Positions 10,434 to 22,920 of a stretch of DNA of 64,000 bases are shown piece by piece. The notes under the pieces were generated by a model that was given only the letters and a program-made list of their open reading frames with translations, did no database searches and was not told where the DNA came from. Origin of the DNA: Neophaeotheca triangularis (Eukaryota); NCBI GenBank assembly GCA_054600435.1, contig BAAIJX010000002.1, positions 682,001 through 746,000 of the forward strand, given 5' to 3'. The translations under genes and the position numbers were made by a program. The stretch's first letter is position 1. Every line of letters starts with the position of its first letter.

Positions 10434-12983
10434 GATGGCGGTCGATGCAGCTCCAGGCGCAGAAGATGCGGAACGTCCAAGGGCGAGAGAGCAGGGAGAA
10501 GATGCAGGGGCGAGGGCCCCGTTATATAGCTAACCAAAGCGTCCGCTGCGAGTTGCAACCTCGCATATGCTCCGTCAGAGGCGCTAACCCCACGTGCGAG
10601 TAGGGATGGAAAGCTGGAGACGCTGTCCATGGCGATTCCGGCCGCCCTACCGTAGCGAGATGGCATCGAGGAGTTTGCGGCCGTCGTGTGGTCGACATTC
10701 CGGCGGGTTGTATCCTTGCCTAGAATGGGTGCCTTCTTGGGTCTCGTAGGCCAAGCGCCCTGCCCTCGGTCGGAGCTCTTGGCCGCTTGTTACCTTTGCC
10801 TGGTACATGTAACATGTTGGTAGACGACGCCGCTCTCGCGAACCGGCTCAAGCTATCAATCGCGTCCAAACATGGCGTTGGCGACTTTCCAAGACAGCAT
10901 CTTAGGTATTCTTGCGGCGATCAAACGAACAGTAGTTAGTAGTAAGGAAGTACTTGACGTTGCTAGCTCGATCCCGGGATCTCAACGTGGCGGCGGGAGG
11001 CGCACCGCCAGCATCGACGCGAGCGCCTCTTTCAACAAAAGTGCCGGCGATCTTCATAATTGTAGTTGTATAAGGTACAGTACCTTGACTTACAGTATCA
11101 TTTATGCTCCAGCAGTTCGTTCGGGAGGAGTTGTCGCGATCCGCCTCTCCCTCACCCCCGGCCGGGGGCACGCGGAGATTGTGGCATAAAGCTTATCCCC
11201 GCCCCCCCAGCCTGCAGGTGCTTCTCTCCACTCTTGGCACTCTTGCTAGCCCAGCTTTTTCTTCGGCTAATAACCCTTTTTTGTCGACATTGCCGGATGC
11301 TTCACGAATCATGGCCAATATTCCCTTGCTTTATGCGGTCTGCTCATGTCGCCTGTCACATCACGCGAGATGTCTCGAGGTATTTTGGTGAAAGTCGAAT
11401 TTGGGACATCATCAACAAGCCACAGCCGCGGATGGATGTTGCGTCTTGGTTGCGATTGGGTCTCTCGGCTCCTGAGGAATCCGATTTGCTACTGTACAAT
11501 GAACGTCCGGGACCTGCTCTTCGAAAGCTTTGCGGCACATGTTGATGGCATCTCTCGGCCTATCGATTCCGAGCTACGAAGCCCCAATCTTCCAACAAGC
11601 CCTGCCGTGCTCCTGGGACCGATGGTGTCCGTAACCGACGAATGACCCCCTGAGTCAACACGAGCATTTGCCCCTTTGTCGGATTCGAAAAGCATGCTGC
11701 TCTGGACTCGAAAGAAAAGTGAGGCTTCAATTGAGATGCCGGAATGCCAGACCAACAGCATGGCTTTAATGTTCTTGAGCGATTGCCAATCCGGCACGCC
11801 GTAGGAAAAGGGGTGGCGGGCGACAACGAAAGCCGTATTGCCTCCCTTACCCATGAGACTATGCCTACGCTGCTTGAGCTGACTGCTTCTAAGAATGAGA
11901 AGTCGGGACCGAGGCCTAGTGGCTTTTGAGAACGAGGGTTTGGGGGCAAGGCAAGAGTGATATGCCGGACCTCAGCAGAGGTCGCTCGCGTCAATGAGTA
12001 CGATTCGTGGTGCCGGAGGAACCTGGGGCAGGAGTACAGGGCATCCGGGACAGAACTCCCGACTCGAAAGTGTACGAGACCTTGTTCATGCTGCTTCGGC
12101 TGATGGCTTTCGTACCAAAGACTCAGGAACGAGGCCGAAGCGTGATGTCGGACCGTGCTAAACATATTTTGCCTTCGAAGTATAATAAATGCTGTCGACC
12201 CTGGTTAACTCCGTCTAGCCAGGGCTCACACCGGCCGTTGCCGCCCCGACATCGTTAGCAGCGAAGAAACAGGAGACAATACAAGGGAGTCTGCTTTCAC
12301 GAAGCAATGAAAGCGCCTCCAAAAAGTGCGCGCCCTTGTCGAGCTCGACGGAAGAGCTGTCGCTCAACAAACAGAGTCGATGAATGGCCTCCTCGACATC
12401 GCATGGCAGTCACTGTGGCTGGAACTCCAAGCACAGAACCACCTGTTGCTAAACGCAATCGCTCGACGGTCATCTCAGATAAGAGATTCGAAGACGGAAA
12501 AACCCAGAGGTCAACGGCCAGTATGTCCAGAAATTAGCTTGCCCTGACATGTACAGCGCTGTTTCCTCCGCACATCTGGGATTCAGGATTTCCCAGCAAC
12601 TCCACTTGTGCAGTGCCTTATTCCACTCCATTCTCACATTTCCTTTGCTCGAGTCAAGAACATATGTGTCGAGCGTTGATTGTAGCAATCCCCGCTTCAA
12701 GAAGGCGTACAAAAATCCGGGAATACGATGTGCTATGCATGGCACATTCCGAACAACTTGGCCAACGCTCATAACAGCAACGGAAGAATGCAGCTCCCTT
12801 TCCACCTTATATCTTAGGAGGTGATATAGATCAGCATTCATCATTACGGTTTGGCCATGGCTTTGGGTTATCTATTGAATCAAATCATAGCATATCGTAG
12901 CAGCGTATCAAAGCAAACCACCCCCTAACGAGAAAACCAAACCCCGCTCCCCTCTTCCTACCTCGCTCGGACACCAGACCGAC

Positions 12984-13946
12984 CTACACTCGCAACCCCT
13001 CTTCCTCCCCAACCACCCTACTCCCCTCCACCCCCAGCCTTCCCACAGCCTCGTCCATCATAATCTCCAACCTCGACCGACTGCCCTCCCGACTATGACA
13101 CCCGACCGCCCCACTCTCAAACAACCTCGGACTCCGCAAGCCCACGGGACTGCCGGCTCCGCCCAGCGAGTCATTGCTCGCGGCACTGTGCAGTTGCAGC
13201 TCGCGGGAGAAGCGTTGCGAGCCCGGGTGCGAGCTGAGCGTGGGCGACGATTGCGCGCTCCAGGCTCTTTGGAGAGCAGGGCGTGCCCAGCCGGACCAGG
13301 ACTTTTTGATGTCGGTGGTGGTGGGAGTTGGGGGGCCGGAGGCCGGGAGGGGGGTTGTTGGGAGAGGGGATCGTGGGGCGTTGGTGGCGGTCGTGGTTGC
13401 GGGTTGCGGGAGGTAGGTTTCGCCCGTTTCGGCTTTGTGGTTCAGGGCGTCGAGGATGCGTTGCGTTTCGTCTACTGAGCGGGTGATGTCGTTGTCGTGG
13501 AGGGTTAGGGCGCGGATTGTGGCGTCTGGGTCGATGATGAAGAGAGCGCGGCGGGCCAGGCCGGTTGTGGCGTCGAGGATACCGTAGGCTTTGGCGATTG
13601 AGTGGGAGGGGTCGCTGATGAGTGGGACGTGGGCGCCGTTGGCTAGGCCGTTGGAGTTTGAGGGCGTGTTGTTCCAGGCTTGGAGTGTGTGTTCGCTGTC
13701 GGTGCTGCAGAAGAGGACGGCGCACTGGCGGCTGTAGAGGAAGGAGTCGAGTTTTGCGCTAAAGGCGAGGATTTCGTTTGCGCAGACTGAGGACCAGGCG
13801 GAGGGGAAGAAGCAGAGGAGCGTCCAGTGTTTGGCGACTGTGTATGAGGAGAGCGAGATGGGTTTGAAATGGCCGTCGATGATGGCGGTGGCGGTGAAGT
13901 CGGGGGCGGGGGAGTTGATGCTTGGGGCTGGTGGGATGGCGTTCAT
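12984..13946 (-). CDS. AhpC/TSA-family peroxiredoxin-like protein with long low-complexity C-terminal tail
   Basis: PAPDFTATA, PSAWSSVC (PxxxT/SxxC), STDS, PLISDPSHSIAKAYG, RALFIIDP, RSVDETQRILDAL. Confidence 0.85.
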   Translation of the reverse strand: MNAIPPAPSINSPAPDFTATAIIDGHFKPISLSSYTVAKHWTLLCFFPSAWSSVCANEILAFSAKLDSFLYSRQCAVLFCSTDSEHTLQAWNNTPSNSNGLANGAHVPLISDPSHSIAKAYGILDATTGLARRALFIIDPDATIRALTLHDNDITRSVDETQRILDALNHKAETGETYLPQPATTTATNAPRSPLPTTPLPASGPPTPTTTDIKKSWSGWARPALQRAWSAQSSPTLSSHPGSQRFSRELQLHSAASNDSLGGAGSPVGLRSPRLFESGAVGCHSREGSRSRLEIMMDEAVGRLGVEGSRVVGEEEGLRV

Positions 13947-15011
13947 GGTTGCGGTGGATTCTTGGTAGGAGCTAAGAGAAGCAATTCAGGGGGATGCGAT
14001 GCGATGCAGATGCCAGGGCAACGAGGAATGTATTTGACAGAGAGGAAGACTACATCAGATGTACTTGGGCCTGTTGGTCTGGACTCGTCCATTCTGTCTT
14101 TGGCCTTGGTCGTCTGAAGAGGCAGTCTTCTCTGATCTCCGCATGCGGTTTCTGCCCTAGGCGTTCAGACATTCCAGAAGTTCCAGCCCGGATCTCCTGA
14201 GGAAGACGAGGTACAATGCTTCTTTGTTCAACTGCCGCGTATGGCAAGACTACGCGCGATTCAGATTGTTCAAACCCGGAAGTACCTCCTATGCCGATGA
14301 CAGTAGTACCGTCTCCGATTTATGTGCTTGATCGTGACTGTCCGATGCCGTGGTACTATAGGAGGTGTGATCATCTTTCTTGTTCTGTTGGATCGAAGAG
14401 TCCAAGATGCCGGGAGATTTCCAAGGTGGCACGGCATAGGTATGCTTATTCATCAGTGTGCATTGGAAGTCTACAACCGAGTCCTGCAGGCGCTGATGAG
14501 GTTGGGTAGCGTTCTCCAACAAGCTCTAACCTTGGGCGGCAGTGCGTGTTGGCAATTCGGTTCTCTCGCTCACGTGTGTAAGGTATTGAAAGCACGTCGT
14601 CGCCAACTGCCCGGTGCATCTGCGAGGCATGGTCGTGAGATAGACTGGAGGGACGGGAGTTTCATTACAACGCCACCCATAGCACTGTCGTAGATGTTGG
14701 TGATGTTGTATCTTATCTGGCAACCTCAGTAATAGTGGATGACAACCTACCTATATCTATCTATATCTATCTATCCATCTTGAACGTTGTCGACAAACGT
14801 CCGAAAAGCCAAAAAGCCCCACCACTTGACCTTCCCCCCGCCCCACCTCCCCGTTTGACCACTTCCTTCACCAACCTACATCAAAGAAAAGCAGCAAACT
14901 TCCTCCCTCGCCACACCTACACCCTCTTCTACCAAACCTCCATCGCCACCATTGCAAAACCCACCACCACCACCCCGATCAGAACACACATCTCCCAACC
15001 TCCCTCACCCA

Positions 15012-15911
15012 ATGGGCCAAAAACGCACCCACACCGAAGCCATGACCAACAACCCATCGAACTCGCCAGCACCGACAACCGCAGCCCCGGCCCCCGCAGC
15101 ACGCCCCTCCCCCTACCTCCCCCTCTTCACCACCTTCCGCACCGACCTCGACACCCACCACGACCGCCGCGAACGCATCATCAAAGCCTCCCGCGACATC
15201 ACGGCCGCTTCCAAGAAGATAATCTTCACGCTGCAACGCACGCCGCCGGCGGTCTCGGGGCCAGCGGCGGCGGTTCTGCGGCAGCAGAATGCGCAGTTCT
15301 ACGCCGTCATTGCCGAGAGGTTGCGCGCCGTTGAGGGGGATTTGAGAGGCCGGGGTGGGCTGGAGCGGGAGCGCTATCGGCGGCAGGTTTCCGGGGGCTT
15401 GCAGGAGTGGGTTGAGGCGGTCGGGTTTGAGGTTTGGTGTTTTGAGGGCAGGGTTGTCGGGTTGGAGGAGGTGAGGGGTCGGTTGAGGGGGTTTTGTCGC
15501 GGGGGGGAGGGCGTGGAGTCGGAGCATCGCGCCGCTGCTGATGTCGGTGTCGATTTGGGGTATGAGGATTATATTTTGGGGCTGTATGATTTGACTGGCG
15601 AGATGATGCGCTGGGGTGTTACGTTTATGGCTACCATGGGGGAGTTGCCTTCGGCTGGGGCTTCGGCGCAAGAGGGCAGGAATGTGCTCACGGATTTGAG
15701 GATGTTGAGGGCGGTCTTGGAGGGTTTGGATGCCGGGGGGAAGGGGGTTGGGGCTTTTGCCCGGGATTGTGAGGGTAAGGCGAGGGTGATGCGTCAGAGT
15801 GTCGAGAAGGTTGAGAAGGCGCTTTATGGGCTTGTGGTTCGAGGGGCTGAGAGGCCAAAGGGCTGGATGCCGGATTTGAGTGCGAGAGAGGAGGTGGGGG
15901 TTGAGGGGTGA
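15012..15911 (+). CDS. TRAX: Translin-associated factor X (TRAX; C3PO nuclease subunit)
   Basis: LDTHHDRRERIIKASRDITAASKKIIF, acidic motifs QEWVEA and DYILGLYDLTGEMMR, SVEKVEKALY. Confidence 0.9.
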   Translation: MGQKRTHTEAMTNNPSNSPAPTTAAPAPAARPSPYLPLFTTFRTDLDTHHDRRERIIKASRDITAASKKIIFTLQRTPPAVSGPAAAVLRQQNAQFYAVIAERLRAVEGDLRGRGGLERERYRRQVSGGLQEWVEAVGFEVWCFEGRVVGLEEVRGRLRGFCRGGEGVESEHRAAADVGVDLGYEDYILGLYDLTGEMMRWGVTFMATMGELPSAGASAQEGRNVLTDLRMLRAVLEGLDAGGKGVGAFARDCEGKARVMRQSVEKVEKALYGLVVRGAERPKGWMPDLSAREEVGVEG

Positions 15912-16258
15912 GTATTCCTATAGAGGAAGAGGTTGATGAGGCGGGTGGGGATTGAGGAGTCTTGTCTGAGGGGAAGCTTTGTGATGGCTAGAAGACGGAT
16001 TTCGATTTGCATTATCAAGATACCCTGTCCGTAGCGCCTCGCTGCTGGTGGTATAAGTGGCTTTTCACAGTGGAAAGGAAGAAAAAGCCGAGAATGAAAA
16101 AAAAACTGCCGTCACCATCCCAGTCAAGCAAGAGAGGCATTAGCCATCGCCGAAACCACTCCATCCCACGCCGGCACCACAAGACCCCAATATCACGCGC
16201 CGACGAATCAAAACCATACCCGAACGCCCATTGCCAATCATAAGAATAACCCCATTCA

Positions 16259-17275
16259 CTACTGTTTGTCTTGGCCATTCATCACCACCACAACAACAGC
16301 CACCACCACAGCAATAATAATCAAGATCAGCAGCGTAATACCACAACACATCCACTTCTTACGCCTGGCCTGCCTCGCCGACGTCACAGCCGTCTCCATC
16401 TGCGAATTCCCCGCAACAACATGTTCGCGAGTTTCAACAGCCTTCTGTTCGATCCCCTCCAACAGCGGCTCCTGCTCGACAATGGTGCGATCCAAATCCT
16501 GCATCAACTGCAAAAGCTCTCCCATGGTCTGCTCAATCTGCTGGATCGCATTATGCCGATCCCTGACGGCGGAGAGGGTGCTCTGCGCTTGCCCGGAGCG
16601 CGAAGACTGCATGACGGCTTGCTGGAAGAGCTGCACGTCCGGACCCGCGTCGGCGACTTGTTGCAATTCCGCTTCCGTCGCTTCCGGGTTGATGATGAGG
16701 AATTGTCGTTTTTGGCTCTCGCTGACTTCGCGTCGGAACTGGGCCTCTTGTTTTTGGAATTCTTGCACAGAGGTTTTGATCCGTCGGTCGGTGTTGTTGA
16801 CTTGGGCCGCGTTTTGGGGCTCGTTGGCGGCGTGCAGGCCTTTCAGGCGGCGCACACGGTCGGTTAGGCCGCGGTAGCCGGTCATGATGTCGGCGGATGT
16901 GGATTGGAGGTGTTGGGCGGAGACGCTTGTGGAGGTTAGGTATTGTTTTTGCTGGGCGCGGAGGTGGGGGAGACGGGCTTCGAGGTCGCTAATGGCACGG
17001 GTTATGGCTTTGCATTCGTTCAGGAGTTTGTGTGGGTCGGCTGGGGGTTGTTGTTGTTGTTGTTGTTGTTGGTTGTAGGAGTGGGGATTGGGGGGTAGGT
17101 TTTGCATCTCGTGGGCGTTGCTGGGGTGGTTGTAGGTGGACTGGTTGTAGGATTGGGTGTCATGGCTGCCGTAGGTTTGGCCGTAGGAGGGGGGTGGGTT
17201 ATCGTAGGCGTTGCCGCCGGGACCGTAGGGGTTGGAGCCCCCATTGCCGTAGCCTGAGTACTGGGGGAAAGGCAT
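16259..17275 (-). CDS. Plasma-membrane syntaxin (Sso1/2-like Qa-SNARE)
   Basis: RQFLIINPEATEAE, SNARE motif RHNAIQQIEQTMGELLQLMQDL, ARQARRKKW followed by a C-terminal TM anchor. Confidence 0.92.
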   Translation of the reverse strand: MPFPQYSGYGNGGSNPYGPGGNAYDNPPPSYGQTYGSHDTQSYNQSTYNHPSNAHEMQNLPPNPHSYNQQQQQQQQPPADPHKLLNECKAITRAISDLEARLPHLRAQQKQYLTSTSVSAQHLQSTSADIMTGYRGLTDRVRRLKGLHAANEPQNAAQVNNTDRRIKTSVQEFQKQEAQFRREVSESQKRQFLIINPEATEAELQQVADAGPDVQLFQQAVMQSSRSGQAQSTLSAVRDRHNAIQQIEQTMGELLQLMQDLDRTIVEQEPLLEGIEQKAVETREHVVAGNSQMETAVTSARQARRKKWMCCGITLLILIIIAVVVAVVVVVMNGQDKQ

Positions 17276-18437
17276 TGTCAGTTCGGTCGGTCTGGTATGT
17301 CTAGTATTGGACAGGTGAAGCTTGGTCGCATTCGGTGCAACGGCGACAATCTTGCCTCGCTATTGTCTGCGAGAGGCAAAGTTGTCGCCTAGAATGCTGT
17401 CGCCACTGTGGTTCGATTCGAGTGTATACTTACAGCCATTGTTGTTGCCTGCACCCTACCCTACCCTCGCACTGAATGCTGACGTGCAAGCTTCGAAGCC
17501 GCGTTATCCCCTGAGCCACGCTGACAAAAGTTTCCGCTCCTCTTTTATGCTACCGCAGAACCCAATCACTCGTCGATGTAACCCTTGTATTCTTCCTCTG
17601 TCTCTTGATTCCACAGATGTGTCGTTGAGAAGGGAGGAAAAGTGAGGAACAAGTAGTATCTTACACAGGTAATCTTGAGCTGCTGAAGCTCAAGGGTACA
17701 AGCACAAGCAACAAGCTCAGACAGGCTAGTACGGGGCGGCGTTTCAAAGTGTCGAAACAGCAAAAGAGACGCAGGACAGGGTCCTATGGGAGACTCCTCA
17801 TACCTACAGTAGTTTGCCTCGAGTTTGCCTAGGTACTACTAAAATAACTTAAGCGCCGGCGGGCTCCAGCTAGTATTCACGTACGTCTGTACCATGTCAC
17901 ATCACCTATGCACCTCCCGTCCGACCTTACGAATTCACTTCAGCTGACACGAAGCAGGCAGGCATTTAAAAACGACCTCAACTACATGTAAATACCTGAG
18001 CATTGCTTACGCCGACCCGGACCGTTTTCTTTATAGCGGAATGAAAAAAAAACAAAAAAAACAAAAAGTCGGTCGTTAGTAACTACCTACCTCTTACACT
18101 TATCTTAGCACGTACAGACTACCGAGAGAGATTCTCTGGGTCTGTGCACGCAGAAACAAGAGGTAACCCGAAGTTCGACATGAGATGGATCGCTAGTAGA
18201 TAGCAGACATCTTTTCGCGACACTACCTCAGAATCGGATGACATGAAAGCACAATTTACCAATGGTTGTTAATACAGAGCACAAATCGATCGCTAGGGCA
18301 CTTATTGCGCGTCTATTGCAGGTAGCGAAGCTCTACAAGCTCTCCCGCGCTGCTAGTGACTATCTCTAGCGACACTACGATAATTGTACCATAATCTTTC
18401 GACAACCCAACCAACCGTGCCTCGAATTTCGACTCTT

Positions 18438-20635
18438 CTACTCGCGCCTCTTCTTGCCTTCTTCCATGTATCCCAGGCGCGTGTCGCTCACACTGCGGCC
18501 GAGCAAGCGCCCGATCAACGGGTCTCTAGTAGTCCTTTCCATAGCATCCTGCACCGCCTCGACCGCCCACTGCGGCGTGTTGAGCTTAGGCCAGTTGACC
18601 TATAGAAAGCGTTAGTAGATTTTCTCGTGAATGACAGGCGACTTCAAACTTACAAAGAGCGCGCCATTCTGCGCGATGAAGTTGCCTGTATACCCGGCCA
18701 GCCCCATGCACACGAGAGTGAAGACTCTCAACGGCCAAACGGTCGAGTTCGGCAGCCGGTTCGTGGAGACCGAGATCGCGACGAAGAACACGCACATGCC
18801 CAGCACATACGGCACGGCCTGGACCGCCAATGGACGCCTGTCGACAATCGTGCGCGGGGCACCGAGCCCCGTCTCCGGCCTGTAAGCACCTAGGAAGAGG
18901 TCGAAACTATCCTGCCTCGGCCCGTCGGCGAAGTTGTTCTTGAAGTAGCGCGTGCAGCTGTTTTGGAAATCCTGCAGCGCTCCGGCGCGAGTGCGGTTGC
19001 CTGTGCGGGTGAAGTCGGTTTTCAAGGCGCCCGTGCCGGAGTAGGTGTTTGACACGATGTCGGCGTTGTCGGCCCAGACGTTACGGAAGAGGTGCTCGAA
19101 GGCCTGGTCGTCCTGGGCGCTCTCGCCGGGGCGCAGGACGCCGAGGTCGGTGAGTTGACGGGTCAGTGTCCAGCGGCCGAGCATGCTCTGGATGACGTTG
19201 GTGCGGTCCAAACAGTCCATGCAGTTTGTGCGTACGACGGCGGTCTGTTTGCTGCGTACATCGACACCACCGGTGGGCTTGTCGATGCCGTGGAAGTAGC
19301 CGCCCGCTATGAGACCGTCTTTGAGTTGATCGAGGAGCAGAAGCGCGCGGTGCCACTTTAGCCCTTTCGTCTCGCTGTGAAAGTCAAAGTAGACATAGTG
19401 CAGCCGATCATACCAGCTACGCTTGCTATCCGACTCGACAACGTTGAAGCGCTCGTTAGACTTGCTGTCCGCTTCTGCCTCTTGATTCGGCTGAGACTGC
19501 AGAATCTTGACCATGTCCTCGTAAGCTTGCTTTACGTTGAGCTCGCGTCCCTTCTGATTGACAAGGTTGACCATGTAGTTTTCACCGTACAGGCTGATCT
19601 GCTCGTTGAAATGTTTCTTGGCCGCCGCTGTAGCTGACTCGACACCTCGGATCTGTAGCTTCGGCGTGTAACGCAGGGTGTTCACTTCTGCCCAGTACAC
19701 GGGCACGCTGCCTCGCGTTTGAACAAAGGAAAGCACCTGCGTCTCCTTGCCACTAGCTGCGTAGCCGTTCTGGAACCCTTGATCTCCGGCATAGCTGGCG
19801 AGACCACTAGAAGCGCTGTCGTTCAGAATGATAGACTGCTCGGTCTCGTTGAAATTGGAAACGTGGCCTTCCTCATCGATTCCACGAGAGAAATAGCGGG
19901 TTCCTGTCCTGTGCCGGGATCTTCGTGTCATGAGGACATAGGTCATGCTGTTACCCTTGATCGAAGTGCTGGTGATGCTCATCATCCCATACATCACGGG
20001 AAGAATGTAAGGGTCGACTGAAGGTTGAGCAGTGCCGGACATTCTCTTCCCCGCCTTACCCTCTCGGAACTCAATCAGAGGGGATGAGACAAACCGGTTC
20101 CAGTAGAAACGGTCGTCTGCTCGCATCCAGAGGGGCTCGTTCGGGTCGCTCTGTGCTTGTCGCTGGAAGGTGTTGGTCATGTCGAAGGAGTAGGAGAAGT
20201 ACATTGGGCCTGTTTTCATGAGCTTCTCAAGGTATTCGAGGTAGACTTCCTCGTCTGGGTCCGAAATTCTGCGTTCTCTGAGTGGCATGAATTCCGTGGA
20301 AATGACCTTGTAGATCTGGTGGCCCTTTATGCGGCCCATTGGTTTGGATTTTGTGATGACAATTACATAGCTGTCTGAAGATGTAAGAGTTAGTACCATT
20401 TCGCCAACATGTCGAGAATGCAATACTCCCTACCTAGCCTCAACTTGATGATTCCGAGTATACCAGCAATACTGGACACCCTAAAACCCCCGGTGGGCCT
20501 CTCATCGCTCATGCGCATGTCGCCGGACGGCCGGTCGACAATCAATGTCGGTGCCGTTGGCGAGGATGGTGAAGAAAAGGCATAGTACTGCGGGTGAGCC
20601 ACTACGTTGATATCCCGGAAGGGAAGGGCCGCCAT
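18438..20635 (-). CDS. SAC1: Sac1 phosphoinositide phosphatase; exons 20635-20434, 20374-18654, 18599-18438
   Basis: Catalytic RTNCMDCLDRTN, GTRYFSRG, QTRGSVP, two C-terminal TM helices; introns restore the frame. Confidence 0.95.
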
Positions 20636-21169
20636 GGCGAAGGTGTAGGCTGGGTTATTGGTGGTGGTGGTAAGAGGCTCTCGAGGCAATCCTGCTGCAG
20701 ACAACGTGGTTTACAAGAATGCTTGTAGCGTTCCCCCTCCGTGATATTGGAGGTGTGTTGCAAGTCTTGTTTCACTTAAACGGCAGCCTCTTCTCAAGTG
20801 GTGGTGGTAGTGGTGGTGGTGGTGGCATCCGTTGTGAAGGCAATGGAATGGAAGCCCAGAGGCAAGTGCGTGACGTACTGTAGTTCGTGAGCCAGATCCA
20901 CACGTGCCAACCCGGAGACGGACCCTGGGCTGGGCTTGGTGAGACAGCAGCTTCACCTCTCAAACATCCCATCCATGATTCCCATCCACTGAGCCACCAC
21001 CGGATAATCAAACATCCTCTTGGCTCACGACAACCACTTTGCAGAATACCAACCTCATCTCAGCTATACCCCGATCACACCACAAACCGTCATCACGACC
21101 CCGACACTCACCAACTTCCGCATCGAGCCTTATCAGCCACTTCGCCGAGCTTGAGACTAGGCATCAGTC

Positions 21170-22026
21170 ATGGCAGCGAGAATGCAGCAAGGCGGACGTC
21201 AAGGAGGTGGAAGATTTGCTCAATTCAAGCTCGTACTGCTGGGTGAGAGCTTCGGTATACGACCACAGCTGCCCAACGCAAGAAACTAACCCAGCGCAGG
21301 CGAATCCGCTGTCGGAAAGAGTTCCCTTGTTCTACGCTTCGTCAAAGTATGCCCCTCTGAGAGCGCCGAAGAGAAGATATGAAGGTTGCTCCGACTAACC
21401 ACTCTTCTAGGACCAATTCGACGACTACAGAGAGTCCACCATCGGCGCCGCCTTCCTCACACAAACCATCGCCCTCGACGAAAGCACAACCGTCAAATTT
21501 GAGATATGGGACACCGCCGGCCAGGAGCGCTACAAGTCGCTAGCACCTATGTACTACCGCAATGCGAACTGCGCAGTAGTAGTCTACGACATCACCCAAG
21601 CCGTGCGTCCCGTCCCCTCATATCGCAAGCTCCCAAAATGCGACGCTAACACAACACCCACAGAGCTCTCTCGACAAAGCCAAGTCCTGGGTCAAGGAAC
21701 TCCAACGCCAGGCCAACGAGAATATTGTCATTGCGCTCGCCGGTAACAAGGCCGATCTCGTTGCCGAACAACCTGATAAGCGCGCCGTCGAGACTGCCGA
21801 TGCCGAGGCCTATGCGAGGGAAGCGAACTTGCTGTTTTTCGAGACCAGTGCGAAGACTGCTGAGAATGTCAAAGAGCTGTTCACCGCGATTGCAAAGAAG
21901 CTGCCGATCGAGCAGGCGAGCCAAAAGGGCATGCGGGGAGCGGCTGGCAGACCAGGGGGTGTGGATCTCGGAAGAAGGGAAGACGCTGGTGCTGTTGGAG
22001 GTGGCGCGGGAGGCTGCAACTGCTAA
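21170..22026 (+). CDS. YPT52: Rab5-family GTPase (Ypt52/RabB-like); exons 21170-21242, 21300-21346, 21411-21602, 21664-22026
   Basis: [22 protein letters not shown] effector loop, [20 protein letters not shown]-terminal CNC prenylation motif. Confidence 0.92.
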
Positions 22027-22357
22027 GAGGGCGGACAACTGGCTGCGGGGGCCGTGCTGCGGGCTACGATGTGCCACGGCGACGTGGATGCGAATCGCAG
22101 AGATGCGAAGGCAGGCATACCGAGGGCCGTTTGGTACACTTACTGAATCCGTGTTGCCTGACGGAGGCTCGGGAGTCTGTGCAGGTGTGTTTTGGCTATG
22201 GCGAATAGGCGCCCGAGGTCTGGAGGGTACGTACTTGCAGCGATCTTCTAATGCTATAACAATTTTTACTGCAGCGGTGGCTTTATATTGCGGCCTATAC
22301 TCTCGACAACACAGTCATCGAAACCGGAATTCTCGGATGCGTTAAGATCAATCTTGC

Positions 22358-22920
22358 TCAATTCAAATAGATGACGAAGTCCTCGTCTTTCGTTTTTCCC
22401 CTTTGCCAGTCTTCAGTGGCTTGCCCATCCATGACATCGGTGAAATAGGCTTCACTAACAAATCTAAAACCCCTGCTTTGCGGACGCAAGATGTACGGTG
22501 CCTGTCCCCCAAGCAAAACGACTATCCAGTCCCCCTGTGCAGCGCCGGAAGGACCTAGCCCCATCTTGCAGCCATGGGGGACGAAAAACGCTCCATGGTA
22601 GCAACAATTACGCGCCAAGCTCAGGAAGTTTTGTGCATCTGATTTTTTTTCCAAGAGAGTAGTCAACAGGTCCTTCCAATCCTTCCTGGTGGCAAAAAGA
22701 GCATCAAGTTCGCCGTCGAGATTGTCGGAAAAAGACGACAGACCACAGCAGAAGCTCGGTGGCCTTGGTATAGTACGCAAGGCCCTCCAACTTGGGGCTT
22801 GAGAAACGCGGCTCCCTCACTGAAGATCTCTTGAGCGGATATCCCTGCGTGAGGATATTCGTCCGCCGTTACGGTCTTGATGAAGACTTTGACCGACTGC
22901 TTCATTGGCAGAGCGCACAT
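22358..22920 (-). pseudogene. Fragment resembling the C-terminus of HET-6-like (heterokaryon incompatibility) proteins
   Basis: GLGPSGAAQGDWIVVLLGGQAPYILRP..FRFVSEAYFTDVMDG motif; upstream segment lies in another frame; no N-terminal HET domain visible. Confidence 0.6.

Noticed and set aside
17400..17430. GGTTCGA T-loop-like words (also near 54456 and 55950)
   Set aside because: No cloverleaf stems or A-box at the right spacing; not tRNAs
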